Virus record (IMG/VR): IMGVR_UViG_3300042934_000354 | Strand: one strand, 5' to 3' | DNA from: an uncultured virus (IMG/VR IMGVR_UViG_3300042934_000354) | Lineage: Duplodnaviria > Heunggongvirae > Uroviricota > Caudoviricetes | DNA length: 64,000 bases | Part shown: positions 8,536-16,509 of the stretch, in pieces | How the letters are laid out: each line of letters begins with the position of its first letter | How positions within the stretch are numbered: the stretch's first letter is position 1 | Notes under the pieces: generated by a model | Database searches by the model: none | What the model was told of the DNA's origin: nothing | The model's input: the letters and a program-made list of their open reading frames with translations, nothing else | Made by a program: the position numbers and the translations under genes

Positions 8536-9715
8536 TCTGCCGTATTTCCTATACCGGTCAGCGGATAATTTCAAGTGGGACGCTGTAATCATCTTTTGCG
8601 TGTATCAAATCGGCCGAATCAGCGGAATGCGCCTCTTCAGAAATTACCTGGAGAGGCATTTTCCATATTTCCAGAGTGAGGAGGTTCAGTTTAAGTCATG
8701 GACCATCAAACAGATAACAAAACTAGGCGGGGATCCATTTCTACCCCAAAAAGAATACCGTGGTGCTGGGCGTTCAAGGAAGTTGCCAGCGAAGAACTTC
8801 GATTTATCTTCAATGAGATTACAGGGGGCGGACGCCCCGGAAAGGCGGTACCCGATGAAGACAGTCATAATTGACGGTGGTCATGGAAAGAAAGATTCTG
8901 GAGGCATAGGGGAAAGCGGTAAGCTTGAGAAGGACTTCAATCTATCCATGGTCCTGAAGGTCAATGAGCTGCTGAAGAAGAACCCGGAGATTAATGTAAT
9001 CCTCACACGCTCAACGGACGTATTTGTGGAGCTTGTAGACCGCGCCAAGATCGCCAATAAAGCGAAGGCAGACGTATTCCTATCTATCCATGCCAATGCC
9101 GGGGAACCACCTGCTAATGGCTCTGAGACGCTGTACACGAAGGATATGGACAAACCTTTCGCTACGATCATCCATAAATACCTGATGTCTGTGACCGGTC
9201 TCACCGACCGCAAATGCCGGTATCAGAACCTATCCGTATGCCGGAACACCACCATGCCCGCGGCGCTGATCGAACCGGGATTCCTCACAAATCCAGCCGA
9301 AGAAGAATTGCTCTTTAATGAAGAGTTTCAAAATCGGCTTGCTGTGGCGATGGCGCAGGGTATTTGCGAATACTTGGGCGTTAAATATGGAGTACGAATC
9401 ACTCCGCCCGGAACGTATCCGGTACCCATATTGATTGGAGAGATGTCGCCGTTTGATGGCCTGCTTATAGAAGGTAAAAGTTGGATTCCTGCTAAAGCAG
9501 TGCTGAACGCCCTGGGCGCTCGCTGGTCCTACGCACTGCGGAGTATCTATGTCGGTGACACAAAGGTCGATACGAAGAACTACGATGGCACCAGCTACAT
9601 TAAAGGGACGGATCTCCGGGACCTGGGCGTAGTTCGTGGTGTGTTTCTGGACCCGGATGCCATCAATACCAAACGAGTACTCATTTATCCAAAGGAGAGT
9701 GTGACAAATGAATGA
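8504..9715 (+). CDS. N-acetylmuramoyl-L-alanine amidase (Amidase_3 endolysin) with an in-frame hydrophobic N-terminal extension; internal start at 8855
   Basis: IDGGHG, EKDFNL, SIHANA, LIEPGF zinc-amidase motifs; SD-like sequences before both TTG 8504 and ATG 8855. Confidence 0.9.
   Translation: MWNWIQFLVYDLPYFLYRSADNFKWDAVIIFCVYQIGRISGMRLFRNYLERHFPYFQSEEVQFKSWTIKQITKLGGDPFLPQKEYRGAGRSRKLPAKNFDLSSMRLQGADAPERRYPMKTVIIDGGHGKKDSGGIGESGKLEKDFNLSMVLKVNELLKKNPEINVILTRSTDVFVELVDRAKIANKAKADVFLSIHANAGEPPANGSETLYTKDMDKPFATIIHKYLMSVTGLTDRKCRYQNLSVCRNTTMPAALIEPGFLTNPAEEELLFNEEFQNRLAVAMAQGICEYLGVKYGVRITPPGTYPVPILIGEMSPFDGLLIEGKSWIPAKAVLNALGARWSYALRSIYVGDTKVDTKNYDGTSYIKGTDLRDLGVVRGVFLDPDAINTKRVLIYPKESVTNE
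8698..8874 (+). CDS. Overlapping -1-frame ORF inside the endolysin extension (58 aa)
   Basis: Conserved with 51835-52047 (KE..S.EL..I...ITGG..PG..V.D), with synonymous third-position changes. Confidence 0.55.
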   Translation: MDHQTDNKTRRGSISTPKRIPWCWAFKEVASEELRFIFNEITGGGRPGKAVPDEDSHN

Positions 9716-9977
9716 TGCATTAAATCAGGTGCTTGCTTTGGCGACTGCCCTTACTGTATTCGTTACTGTCGTGCTGAATGGCGTGAAGGCAACTGTTACT
9801 CTTCCGAAGAACCTTATTCCGGTAATCGGCATTGTAATCGGTTTAGGGGTAGGTGCAGCGGCGTATATCTTCACTGACCTAGAATTGATTTACCGTCTAT
9901 GGGCTGGGGCCATCGCGGGGTTCTCTGCCACAGGGTTGTATGAGCTGCAAAAGAACAATCCCGGGACAACAAAATAA
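9708..9977 (+). CDS. Holin, Listeria A118 (Hol118)-like
   Basis: Three hydrophobic segments, WAGAIAG..ATGLYE motif, directly after the endolysin. Confidence 0.85.
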   Translation: MNDALNQVLALATALTVFVTVVLNGVKATVTLPKNLIPVIGIVIGLGVGAAAYIFTDLELIYRLWAGAIAGFSATGLYELQKNNPGTTK

Positions 9978-10071
9978 AAATATGTGTTATAATTAATTAG
10001 CGAGGGATTATATTTTGTGTCCGGATAAAAGGCCATTCTTAACTGGATGGTCTTTTTTTACTGTGGATAAA

Positions 10072-10093
10072 AGAACTTACGTTCGCATATAAT
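10072..10093 (+). promoter_or_regulatory. LexA (SOS/Cheo) box next to the -10 of a SigA-type promoter
   Basis: AGAAC-TTAC-GTTCG at 10072-10085 next to TATAAT at 10088-10093. Confidence 0.8.
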
Positions 10094-10110
10094 AGCATTG
10101 AGGTGAGATT

Positions 10111-10518
10111 ATGAGCGAATATATGAGCTATTCAGATAAACCCCTTGGCAACATGCTTACCGACCTGGAGCGAACGATGATCCGGGAGCTGATCCTGTTA
10201 CCCTACATAGATACGATGGTTGCCAAGAGCATGAAGGAGATTGAGCTGTCCGGAAACGTACTGAGCAGAGCCTACCTGACCACCGGCAGGTACATTCAAA
10301 AGCGCATCATCCAGGATGTGTATGATCTGCGGCGAGAGTTGAAGAAGAGAAACATCAAAGTGCTTGAGGATACGCAGGATGATTTCATCACGTACAACAA
10401 GGTGTTTTTCAGAGGCTACCAAGAACGGTTCGGGATGACGCGGGATGTGATGAGGACGGAGATCAGCTTAAGACTCACGCAGTACACCGCAGACTTAGGC
10501 GATGCTCTCAAAAAATAA
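10111..10518 (+). CDS. YhjD-like SOS-inducible protein
   Basis: Resembles B. subtilis YhjD by eye (..ELKKRNIKV......F..Y....RGY); SOS box upstream. Confidence 0.6.
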   Translation: MSEYMSYSDKPLGNMLTDLERTMIRELILLPYIDTMVAKSMKEIELSGNVLSRAYLTTGRYIQKRIIQDVYDLRRELKKRNIKVLEDTQDDFITYNKVFFRGYQERFGMTRDVMRTEISLRLTQYTADLGDALKK

Positions 10519-10578
10519 GTAAGGCCTACCCATTAACCGGGAGGTCTTTTTACTTTATAAATAGAAGAAAACCGCCTT

Positions 10579-10632
10579 ATCGTGTGCGAATTGATATCTA
10601 TGGAAAACCGTACATAACAATCTACACACGAT
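10579..10632. other. attP-like serine-integrase site, central dinucleotide AA
   Basis: 54-bp imperfect palindrome ATCGTGTG...TTGATATCTATGG-AAAA-CCGTACATAACAA...CACACGAT abutting the integrase stop. Confidence 0.75.
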
Positions 10633-12116
10633 TAATTGAAAATAACACTCTGAATAGACGCCGGAATGAACTTTCCTTTCTTGCCATGTGCTTTATCGAG
10701 TGGTGTGTATAACGTGATTTCCTTGAAGATATCCAGGATCATTTCATGCTTATCTACATCATCCATCTGGTCCCATACTTCAGGCAGGCCGAATAAGATT
10801 TCATTCTGCTCTGCAAAATCCTCTATGTGCACATCCGGCATTTTAGCGAGCTCATCCATCAGCAATTCCTCATTCTGCTTTTCATCGGCGTTGTGATCCC
10901 GCAGTTCCTCTTGGGAGATCAAATCATCGGCATACATACGCTGCCACTTCTTGCGCCGGTCCCGGACCTTATCTAGCTCTCTTACCAGATCCTTGCGCAG
11001 ATCAACCACCGGATCTTCTTCAGCCGTTGCGGCCAATTCCCGGATCGCTGAATAATCTGTGGATAACCTTTCGCCAATCCATTCCAGCAGCAGCGACTCC
11101 ACCAACTCCTGGCGAAACATTGGCATGGTGCATCCTTTACCAGTCTGGCGCCCGGAGCAGATATAAGACAGAATCTTATTGTAGCTGCCATCCTGGCGTT
11201 TGTTCTGGTGGTACCGGCCGGACATCTTCCCGCCGCACTTGCTGCACTTCAGCACACCGCTGAACCAGTATTCCCGAACCTTAGAGTGTCCGGTGAATGA
11301 TCGGCGCTTCATTTCCTCTTTGTGCTCCTGATACTCTTCCCAGGTAAAGGTTAAATCCTGTGTCCCATCCACGATCAGTACATCAACGTGCTCTTCCATT
11401 TTCCGATGTGCGTATTTCCCATTTGCTTTTTTAGTCCCGTATCTCCGTTTGCCTGCATAGTAAGGATTATCCAGTACATACCACACACTGAAGGAGGTCC
11501 ACCGGTACCCGCGCCGCAGCAGGCCCATATCGTTCAGTTTGGTTGCCACGCCTTTTAGTCCCAAGCCCTCCAAGTAAAATTTCCTTACCAGCCGATTCTG
11601 CGTGTATTCCTCTTGTACAATCTTTTCAAATTTGTCATACCCGAAGTTAACCGGACCGCCCGGACGCCGACCATCGTGGACCATCTGCTCCATGCCCATG
11701 CGTACGCGCTCTGCTGTGTTCTCACGCTCCCACTGAGCGATATCAGCCACTAGCCGGATAAATAGTCTACCTGTCGCTGTGCGTGTCTCAAACGACTCCG
11801 TACAGCTCTGAAACTTGACGTTATGGGACTCGAACATCTTGATGAGGTTATCGCAGTCACTGGCGGACCGGGTCATACGGTCAAGCTTATACACCAACAC
11901 CACATCAAATGCATGTATCTCCACATCTTTAATCATACGCTGCATCTCAGGGCGCTTCAGATCCTTTGCAGACCACCCATCATCTATGTACACCTCAGTG
12001 ACTTCCCAGTCCTGAGAATCGGCGTAGGCCAGCAGCCGGCGCTTCTGTGCGTCAATCGAGAATCCTTCAGCTGCTTGCTCGTCTGTAGATACCCTGATGT
12101 ATATTCCTGCTTTCAC
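10632..12116 (-). CDS. int: Large serine recombinase (integrase)
   Basis: YIRVST catalytic motif, VYKLDR.TRS, recombinase domain, CSKCGG zinc ribbon, coiled coil. Confidence 0.96.
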   Translation of the reverse strand: MKAGIYIRVSTDEQAAEGFSIDAQKRRLLAYADSQDWEVTEVYIDDGWSAKDLKRPEMQRMIKDVEIHAFDVVLVYKLDRMTRSASDCDNLIKMFESHNVKFQSCTESFETRTATGRLFIRLVADIAQWERENTAERVRMGMEQMVHDGRRPGGPVNFGYDKFEKIVQEEYTQNRLVRKFYLEGLGLKGVATKLNDMGLLRRGYRWTSFSVWYVLDNPYYAGKRRYGTKKANGKYAHRKMEEHVDVLIVDGTQDLTFTWEEYQEHKEEMKRRSFTGHSKVREYWFSGVLKCSKCGGKMSGRYHQNKRQDGSYNKILSYICSGRQTGKGCTMPMFRQELVESLLLEWIGERLSTDYSAIRELAATAEEDPVVDLRKDLVRELDKVRDRRKKWQRMYADDLISQEELRDHNADEKQNEELLMDELAKMPDVHIEDFAEQNEILFGLPEVWDQMDDVDKHEMILDIFKEITLYTPLDKAHGKKGKFIPASIQSVIFN

Positions 12117-12284
12117 TGGATCACTCCTTAACTCTATCTATGTCTGTATTGTAGGGGAGGGGTAGCAAAAAGACCATACCTCATTAAGTATGGAATATTT
12201 GCCCTGTCATATTTTGTGGAATGATAACTTTATTGCAATAAAGTATGATTTAACTACCCGCGTTTCGGGTAGGAGGGCGACATC

Positions 12285-12617
12285 ATGAAATTACTAACAG
12301 TTAAAATGCAGGACAGATTAGGCGATGACGAAGATTTTGTGGAGCTAGATGTTGACGATGTTGATTACATTAACATTTGGTATCGCACTAAAAGTTCTAC
12401 AGGAGTACCAGCGTTTCACACGGTTTACGGTTCTTTCATTTGTCTTTGCAATCTAACCGATTTAAGCAAGGCACTTAAGTCGTTTGGATTTGAGTCAGCG
12501 GATCAGTCAACGATCATAAATACAAAACGTGTCAAAGAAGTGAAGTCTGTTGACAATAACGGTTCAGTGATTAAATTCACCAGCGGTACCCAAGTAAAGA
12601 TACGAAAGCAGATTTAA
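12285..12617 (+). CDS. Stand-alone LytTR-type DNA-binding protein
   Basis: F...DQSTIIN...V pattern; homolog 54988-55320. Confidence 0.7.
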   Translation: MKLLTVKMQDRLGDDEDFVELDVDDVDYINIWYRTKSSTGVPAFHTVYGSFICLCNLTDLSKALKSFGFESADQSTIINTKRVKEVKSVDNNGSVIKFTSGTQVKIRKQI

Positions 12618-12772
12618 TGTGTGATTGTCAACCCCTCCACGGTTGTTGGACGGGTACAATCGTTCGACCGCGTTCGACAGCGTTTTCATAATCTTGATGT
12701 TATATTAACGACATGAAATAATTAGTACTTATGGGCAGGTGATTATATCGATAACATGTATTATGATTGTCT

Positions 12773-12796
12773 GTAGTACTCCACGTGGAGTACTAC
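12773..12796. repeat. Perfect 24-bp palindrome GTAGTACTCCACGTGGAGTACTAC
   Basis: Seen directly; 22-bp counterpart with a different centre at 55477-55498. Confidence 0.9.
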
Positions 12797-12830
12797 CTTC
12801 CGGGTCGGAGCAGCTGAACGCCACTCAAGC

Positions 12831-13043
12831 CTACTGTTCATAAAAGTCATAGAGATCATCAATGTAGCAGCCCAATTTCATGGATATTGTCTTTGCTGTA
12901 CCTAAAGACATCACCTTCCGATTATTAGCGTAATCAGATATTTGGGCCTTAGGCATACCCAATTCCACAGCCAGCCATTGTTGATTTTGTCTAATCTCTC
13001 TAAGTCTTTTTTTCAGTAGGCAACGACCAGGTACATAACCCAT
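12831..13043 (-). CDS. XRE HTH regulator
   Basis: HTH pattern; near-identical homolog 55534-55746. Confidence 0.85.
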   Translation of the reverse strand: MGYVPGRCLLKKRLREIRQNQQWLAVELGMPKAQISDYANNRKVMSLGTAKTISMKLGCYIDDLYDFYEQ

Positions 13044-13076
13044 GTCGATGTCACCTATATTTTTTTATTTAAAATA

Positions 13077-13115
13077 AGAACATACGTTTTGTTTGCCCCA
13101 GTGATGTGGTAATAT
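13077..13115 (+). promoter_or_regulatory. Degenerate LexA box over the -35 region of an extended -10 promoter
   Basis: AGAAC-ATAC-GTTTT (13077-13090); TGgTAATAT (13107-13115); counterpart CGAAC-ATAC-ATTCC at 55780-55793. Confidence 0.55.
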
Positions 13116-13155
13116 TAACGAATCATCACTGCAAAAACTCTAAGGGGTTGTTTCA

Positions 13156-13326
13156 ATGCAAAAGGTAAAGGTGGACATAACAAGACAAACGTTGGAAGAG
13201 TTAGGAGTACGGACAAGCTGTATATTGCAAGGTATTGAGTCTATGAGCCCCTTGGACATGAAGCCTGAGTACATTAAAGCTTATCTTCTTTTGCGCCTTG
13301 AACCGCAGGAACTTGTTTCTTCATAG
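13156..13326 (+). CDS. Small protein (56 aa), candidate SOS-induced antirepressor
   Basis: SD AAGGGG, ATG; conserved at 55859-56029; overlaps the repressor 3' end on the opposite strand. Confidence 0.6.
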   Translation: MQKVKVDITRQTLEELGVRTSCILQGIESMSPLDMKPEYIKAYLLLRLEPQELVSS

Positions 13327-13690
13327 ACCGTTCAGCCCGGACCAATGCAATAAATCTTCTTACATCGTCATCTTCCAACTTTATCCCATCTACGATAAAG
13401 TCCATTTTGGCCATGATCTCTTCATCAGTGAGATCTAAGGAGTCAATTAAAACCCGGGATGGTTCCGACAAGACCTGTTCTGGGTTATCCGTTCTTCCTA
13501 ATAGATAATCCATTGATACAGAGAAGTAATCAGCAATAAGTTCTAAACGTTCCCTTTTAGGTAGTTCTCCCCTTGTTTCATACCTCCTTAGTGATGAAGA
13601 TGGAATGTCCAAAGCTTCAGCCAATTGATCTTGGGACAAGTTCTTTGTCTTTCTGAGTTCTTTTAACCTATGTTTGAACTCATTTTCCAT
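13274..13690 (-). CDS. CI-like immunity repressor (XRE HTH, no S24 autopeptidase domain)
   Basis: RLKELRKTKNLSQDQLA...DYLLGRTD; divergent from cro across operators; SD before ATG 13690. Confidence 0.9.
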   Translation of the reverse strand: MENEFKHRLKELRKTKNLSQDQLAEALDIPSSSLRRYETRGELPKRERLELIADYFSVSMDYLLGRTDNPEQVLSEPSRVLIDSLDLTDEEIMAKMDFIVDGIKLEDDDVRRFIALVRAERSMKKQVPAVQGAKEDKL

Positions 13691-13735
13691 ATTTGACACC
13701 ATCCTTTTATTCCTCCTTATATTGTAGTTTAAATT

Positions 13736-13829
13736 GTTCATAAAATAAACGTTCAAAAACTGATCAAAAAGGTGTTGACATGTTCAGTAATTGAACTTAT
13801 ACTAAGGTCATGAAGTTCAGTAATTGAAC
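13736..13829. promoter_or_regulatory. P2 operators GTTCA-N5-TGAAC and rightward promoter
   Basis: Perfect copies 13782-13796 and 13815-13829; degenerate copies 13736-13765; distal copy 14062-14076; TTGACA-17-TATACT. Confidence 0.85.
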
Positions 13830-13848
13830 AGAAACGAGGTGAACAAAG

Positions 13849-14088
13849 TTGACTGAAAAAGACCTTAAACCATTGCCGAATTTGATCAAAGCCAGAAATG
13901 AAATAGGATACACTCAAGAGCAGTTAGCCAAGAAATCAAAGGTTTCTCGTCCGTTATTGTGCAACATTGAGCGCGGCTATGCTCTTCCATCGCTTCCAGT
14001 AGCATATAGGATTGCAAAAGTACTGAAGAAACCAATCGAGCATCTTTTTTTTAATGATAATGTTCAAAAATTGAACAAAACAGCCTAA
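13849..14088 (+). CDS. Cro-like HTH protein
   Basis: HTH_3 pattern; first gene of the early rightward operon. Confidence 0.9.
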   Translation: MTEKDLKPLPNLIKARNEIGYTQEQLAKKSKVSRPLLCNIERGYALPSLPVAYRIAKVLKKPIEHLFFNDNVQKLNKTA

Positions 14089-14100
14089 GGAGGAATATGT

Positions 14101-14724
14101 ATGAATCAACTAACTAAAATGTTCAACTATGAAGATGGACAGCAAGTAAGAACAATTTCTATTGATGGTCAACCGTGGTTTGTAGCTAAAGACGTTTGCA
14201 ACATCCTCGGAGTTTCAAACATAACAGAAACGTTCAAAAGGCTTGATGAAGATGAGTTCAGTACTACTGAAGTCGTTGATTCAATCGGAAGATCGCAAGA
14301 AGTGTACATCATCAATGAATACGGCCTTTATTCACTGGTAATGACCAGTAGGAAAAAGGAAGCTAAATCATTCAAACGTTGGGTGACACATGAGGTACTT
14401 CCTTCCATCAGAAGCAACGGTTTTTACATCAGCGATTCTGACGATAAACATCCTGAACTTCTCAAAAAGATCAATGAATTAGAAAACAAAATAGAGTCAT
14501 TTGTAACACTTAACTCTTTTGAAGCAAGGAAGTTGCAGAAGGCCATTGCGAGAAGAGTTTACGATTTCGGTTTAACACCTGAAAACAGACCGCTTGCTTT
14601 CGCAGAGCTACACAGAGAAATAAGAGACAGATTCGGCGTTGCAAGTTATAGAGATGTTGCGAAGTTGGATTTTGATAATGCAATAAATTATGTAAAAGCA
14701 TGGATCCCAAGAAAAGCAGCGTGA
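14101..14724 (+). CDS. BRO-N / ORF6C antirepressor-type protein
   Basis: PWFVAKDVC...NEYGLYSL..SRK.EAK.FKRWVTHEVLPSIR. Confidence 0.9.
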   Translation: MNQLTKMFNYEDGQQVRTISIDGQPWFVAKDVCNILGVSNITETFKRLDEDEFSTTEVVDSIGRSQEVYIINEYGLYSLVMTSRKKEAKSFKRWVTHEVLPSIRSNGFYISDSDDKHPELLKKINELENKIESFVTLNSFEARKLQKAIARRVYDFGLTPENRPLAFAELHREIRDRFGVASYRDVAKLDFDNAINYVKAWIPRKAA

Positions 14725-14816
14725 TAAATGCTCTCACTACAAACTATCAATCTAGTATCAATTATATACCGACATCAATCGACTGAAAAGGATAAAACTT
14801 CCAAGGAGGCTACAGC

Positions 14817-14960
14817 ATGAAACTGCAACCACAAGGCAAAAACCCTGGATTATCACCGCAGGCGTGGTACAAATTGCACGTGAGATTAGCGCGGATGAAC
14901 TTGAAGTACCGGAAGCAGCTGATGGAGGCATACGTGAAAGGGGAGAAGAAAGTTGGTTGA
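14817..14960 (+). CDS. Small basic protein (47 aa)
   Basis: AAGGAGG SD; identical protein at 58137-58280. Confidence 0.7.
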   Translation: MKLQPQGKNPGLSPQAWYKLHVRLARMNLKYRKQLMEAYVKGEKKVG

Positions 14961-15216
14961 ACTGGCCCTATTACCGGCACACGAGAGGCTGGCTGAGCTG
15001 CACATGATCCAGAAGAAACGGAAGCTCACGGCCGAGGAACGTCAGGAACGTGAACACTGCTTAGATGTAAACGCCGCAGTTATGTACGATGTGGCAAATA
15101 TCAAGAACCTAACGGATAGTGCGCTTGCTACCAATGACATTCAATGGTTGATGGTGCTGAAGAAAAGGAAAGAAATCCTGGCAAAACGATTTAAAGGAGG
15201 AATTATCTGTGGCTAA
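14953..15216 (+). CDS. Hypothetical phage protein
   Basis: Coupled; homolog 58403-58669. Confidence 0.7.
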   Translation: MVELALLPAHERLAELHMIQKKRKLTAEERQEREHCLDVNAAVMYDVANIKNLTDSALATNDIQWLMVLKKRKEILAKRFKGGIICG

Positions 15217-15421
15217 GAAGCAATCGGAAGTACGGCGTTTCACATCGGTGTACACCTTCAAAATTCCAAATGAGCCTAAATGCGGCTGCGGTAAGCCAGC
15301 AGAGTATGAGGTCTATGATCACCACGAACCACATTGCCAATCGTGCATGCTGGAAGCAGTAGATTGCCAGATCCCTGTAATGGTACGGAGACTTGAGGGA
15401 GGGTTTGACGATGCAAGCTGA
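15209..15421 (+). CDS. Small Cys/His-rich protein
   Basis: CGCG...HCQSC; homolog 58662-58874. Confidence 0.75.
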   Translation: MAKKQSEVRRFTSVYTFKIPNEPKCGCGKPAEYEVYDHHEPHCQSCMLEAVDCQIPVMVRRLEGGFDDAS

Positions 15422-15611
15422 GACAGAGTTCATCGTAGATACGGAGTGCGGCCGGCACTTCTGCTGGTCGGCTCCCGACTATGAATACTTGGTGCGGAAG
15501 ATACACGACCGCGGATACAGAGCAACGTTCATCATGCCTTACGAGGAATTCCTGCAGCAAATGGAAACAGGCAAAGCCTACATCGAAAGAGAGCTGAAAG
15601 AATCTGCTTAA
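15411..15611 (+). CDS. Hypothetical phage protein
   Basis: GGAGGG SD; homolog 58864-59076. Confidence 0.7.
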   Translation: MQAETEFIVDTECGRHFCWSAPDYEYLVRKIHDRGYRATFIMPYEEFLQQMETGKAYIERELKESA

Positions 15612-15658
15612 GACGGTAGCTGATATTTTAGAACACTACGCGAAGGGAGGAAAGGAGG

Positions 15659-15826
15659 ATGGCTGCGAGACTGAAGTTTCTGGAGCTTGCGAAGATCGCG
15701 AACGGCCGCGGGACGTTGACGGAGAAGCTTAAGCGAGTGTATCTGCTGAACTATGTACGGGAAGTACGCAAAGAAAAGGCCGCTGCAGCAACAGCGACCC
15801 GGGAAAGACTGTTTGAAAATAATTAA
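15659..15826 (+). CDS. Small basic protein (55 aa)
   Basis: Strong SD; MAARLKFLELAK...; positional homolog 59124-59276 (YLELAK). Confidence 0.55.
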   Translation: MAARLKFLELAKIANGRGTLTEKLKRVYLLNYVREVRKEKAAAATATRERLFENN

Positions 15827-15864
15827 TACGGATATTATACCAAAACTTTAGGAGGTAGTACACA

Positions 15865-16509
15865 TTGAACATCTATCAAAAATTGGTCGAGGTAAGAAAG
15901 TCTGTTGATTATCTGAAAAAAGAATCTGAATCAAAACAGTACAAATATACAGGCAGCGCTCAAGTTTTGGCTTCTGTGAGGGACAAAATCAATGAAATGG
16001 GGCTGCTGCTTATCCCGCGAATCATTGAAAAAAACCTTTTGTCTGAAACCGTTGAGTACGAGGAAGGAAATAAACCAAAGAAGACAACAACATATTTTAC
16101 AGAATTGATCATGACTTATACGTGGATTAATGCGGAAAAACCTGATGAAACAATAGAATGCCCGTGGTACTCACAAGGTGTTGATATTGCAGGCGAAAAG
16201 GGAGTCGGCAAGGCTCTCACATACGCTGAAAAATATTTCACACTTAAGTTTTTCAACATCCCTACGGACAAGGACGATCCAGATGCATTCCAAAACAAGT
16301 TCGGCCAGAAAGCAGCTAAAGAGACTTTATCTAAGATAAGAGCTGCCTGGGCAACGTTGGGCATGAGGGCCAATCGGTTAGACGATCAGAGTGTAGCTCT
16401 GTATGGTGTGCCTGTGATGCAATTGGACGATGAAATGGCCGAATCCTTCCTGAACAAATTGACGGAGCAATTGGCGACTGGAGGTAAACGTGATGGAACT
16501 AACGGCTGA
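15865..16509 (+). CDS. erf: ERF-family ssDNA-annealing protein
   Basis: GKALTYAEKY....FNIPT..DDPD signature. Confidence 0.88.
   Translation: MNIYQKLVEVRKSVDYLKKESESKQYKYTGSAQVLASVRDKINEMGLLLIPRIIEKNLLSETVEYEEGNKPKKTTTYFTELIMTYTWINAEKPDETIECPWYSQGVDIAGEKGVGKALTYAEKYFTLKFFNIPTDKDDPDAFQNKFGQKAAKETLSKIRAAWATLGMRANRLDDQSVALYGVPVMQLDDEMAESFLNKLTEQLATGGKRDGTNG

Larger units (their letters stand above)
1..10605 (+). mobile_element. Prophage unit P1, right end (partial)
   Basis: Ejection-type, lysis and accessory genes colinear with 44300-53308 of P2; ends at an att-like palindrome. Confidence 0.9.

Noticed and set aside
11058..11066. Perfect DnaA boxes inside the integrase genes (also 53453, 53761)
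   Set aside because: They lie in coding sequence, two are homologous copies, and a few 9-mers can occur by chance
12116..13300. Possible arbitrium or agr-type peptide signalling near the LytTR gene
   Set aside because: No TPR receptor, AgrB, kinase or signal-peptide ORF found
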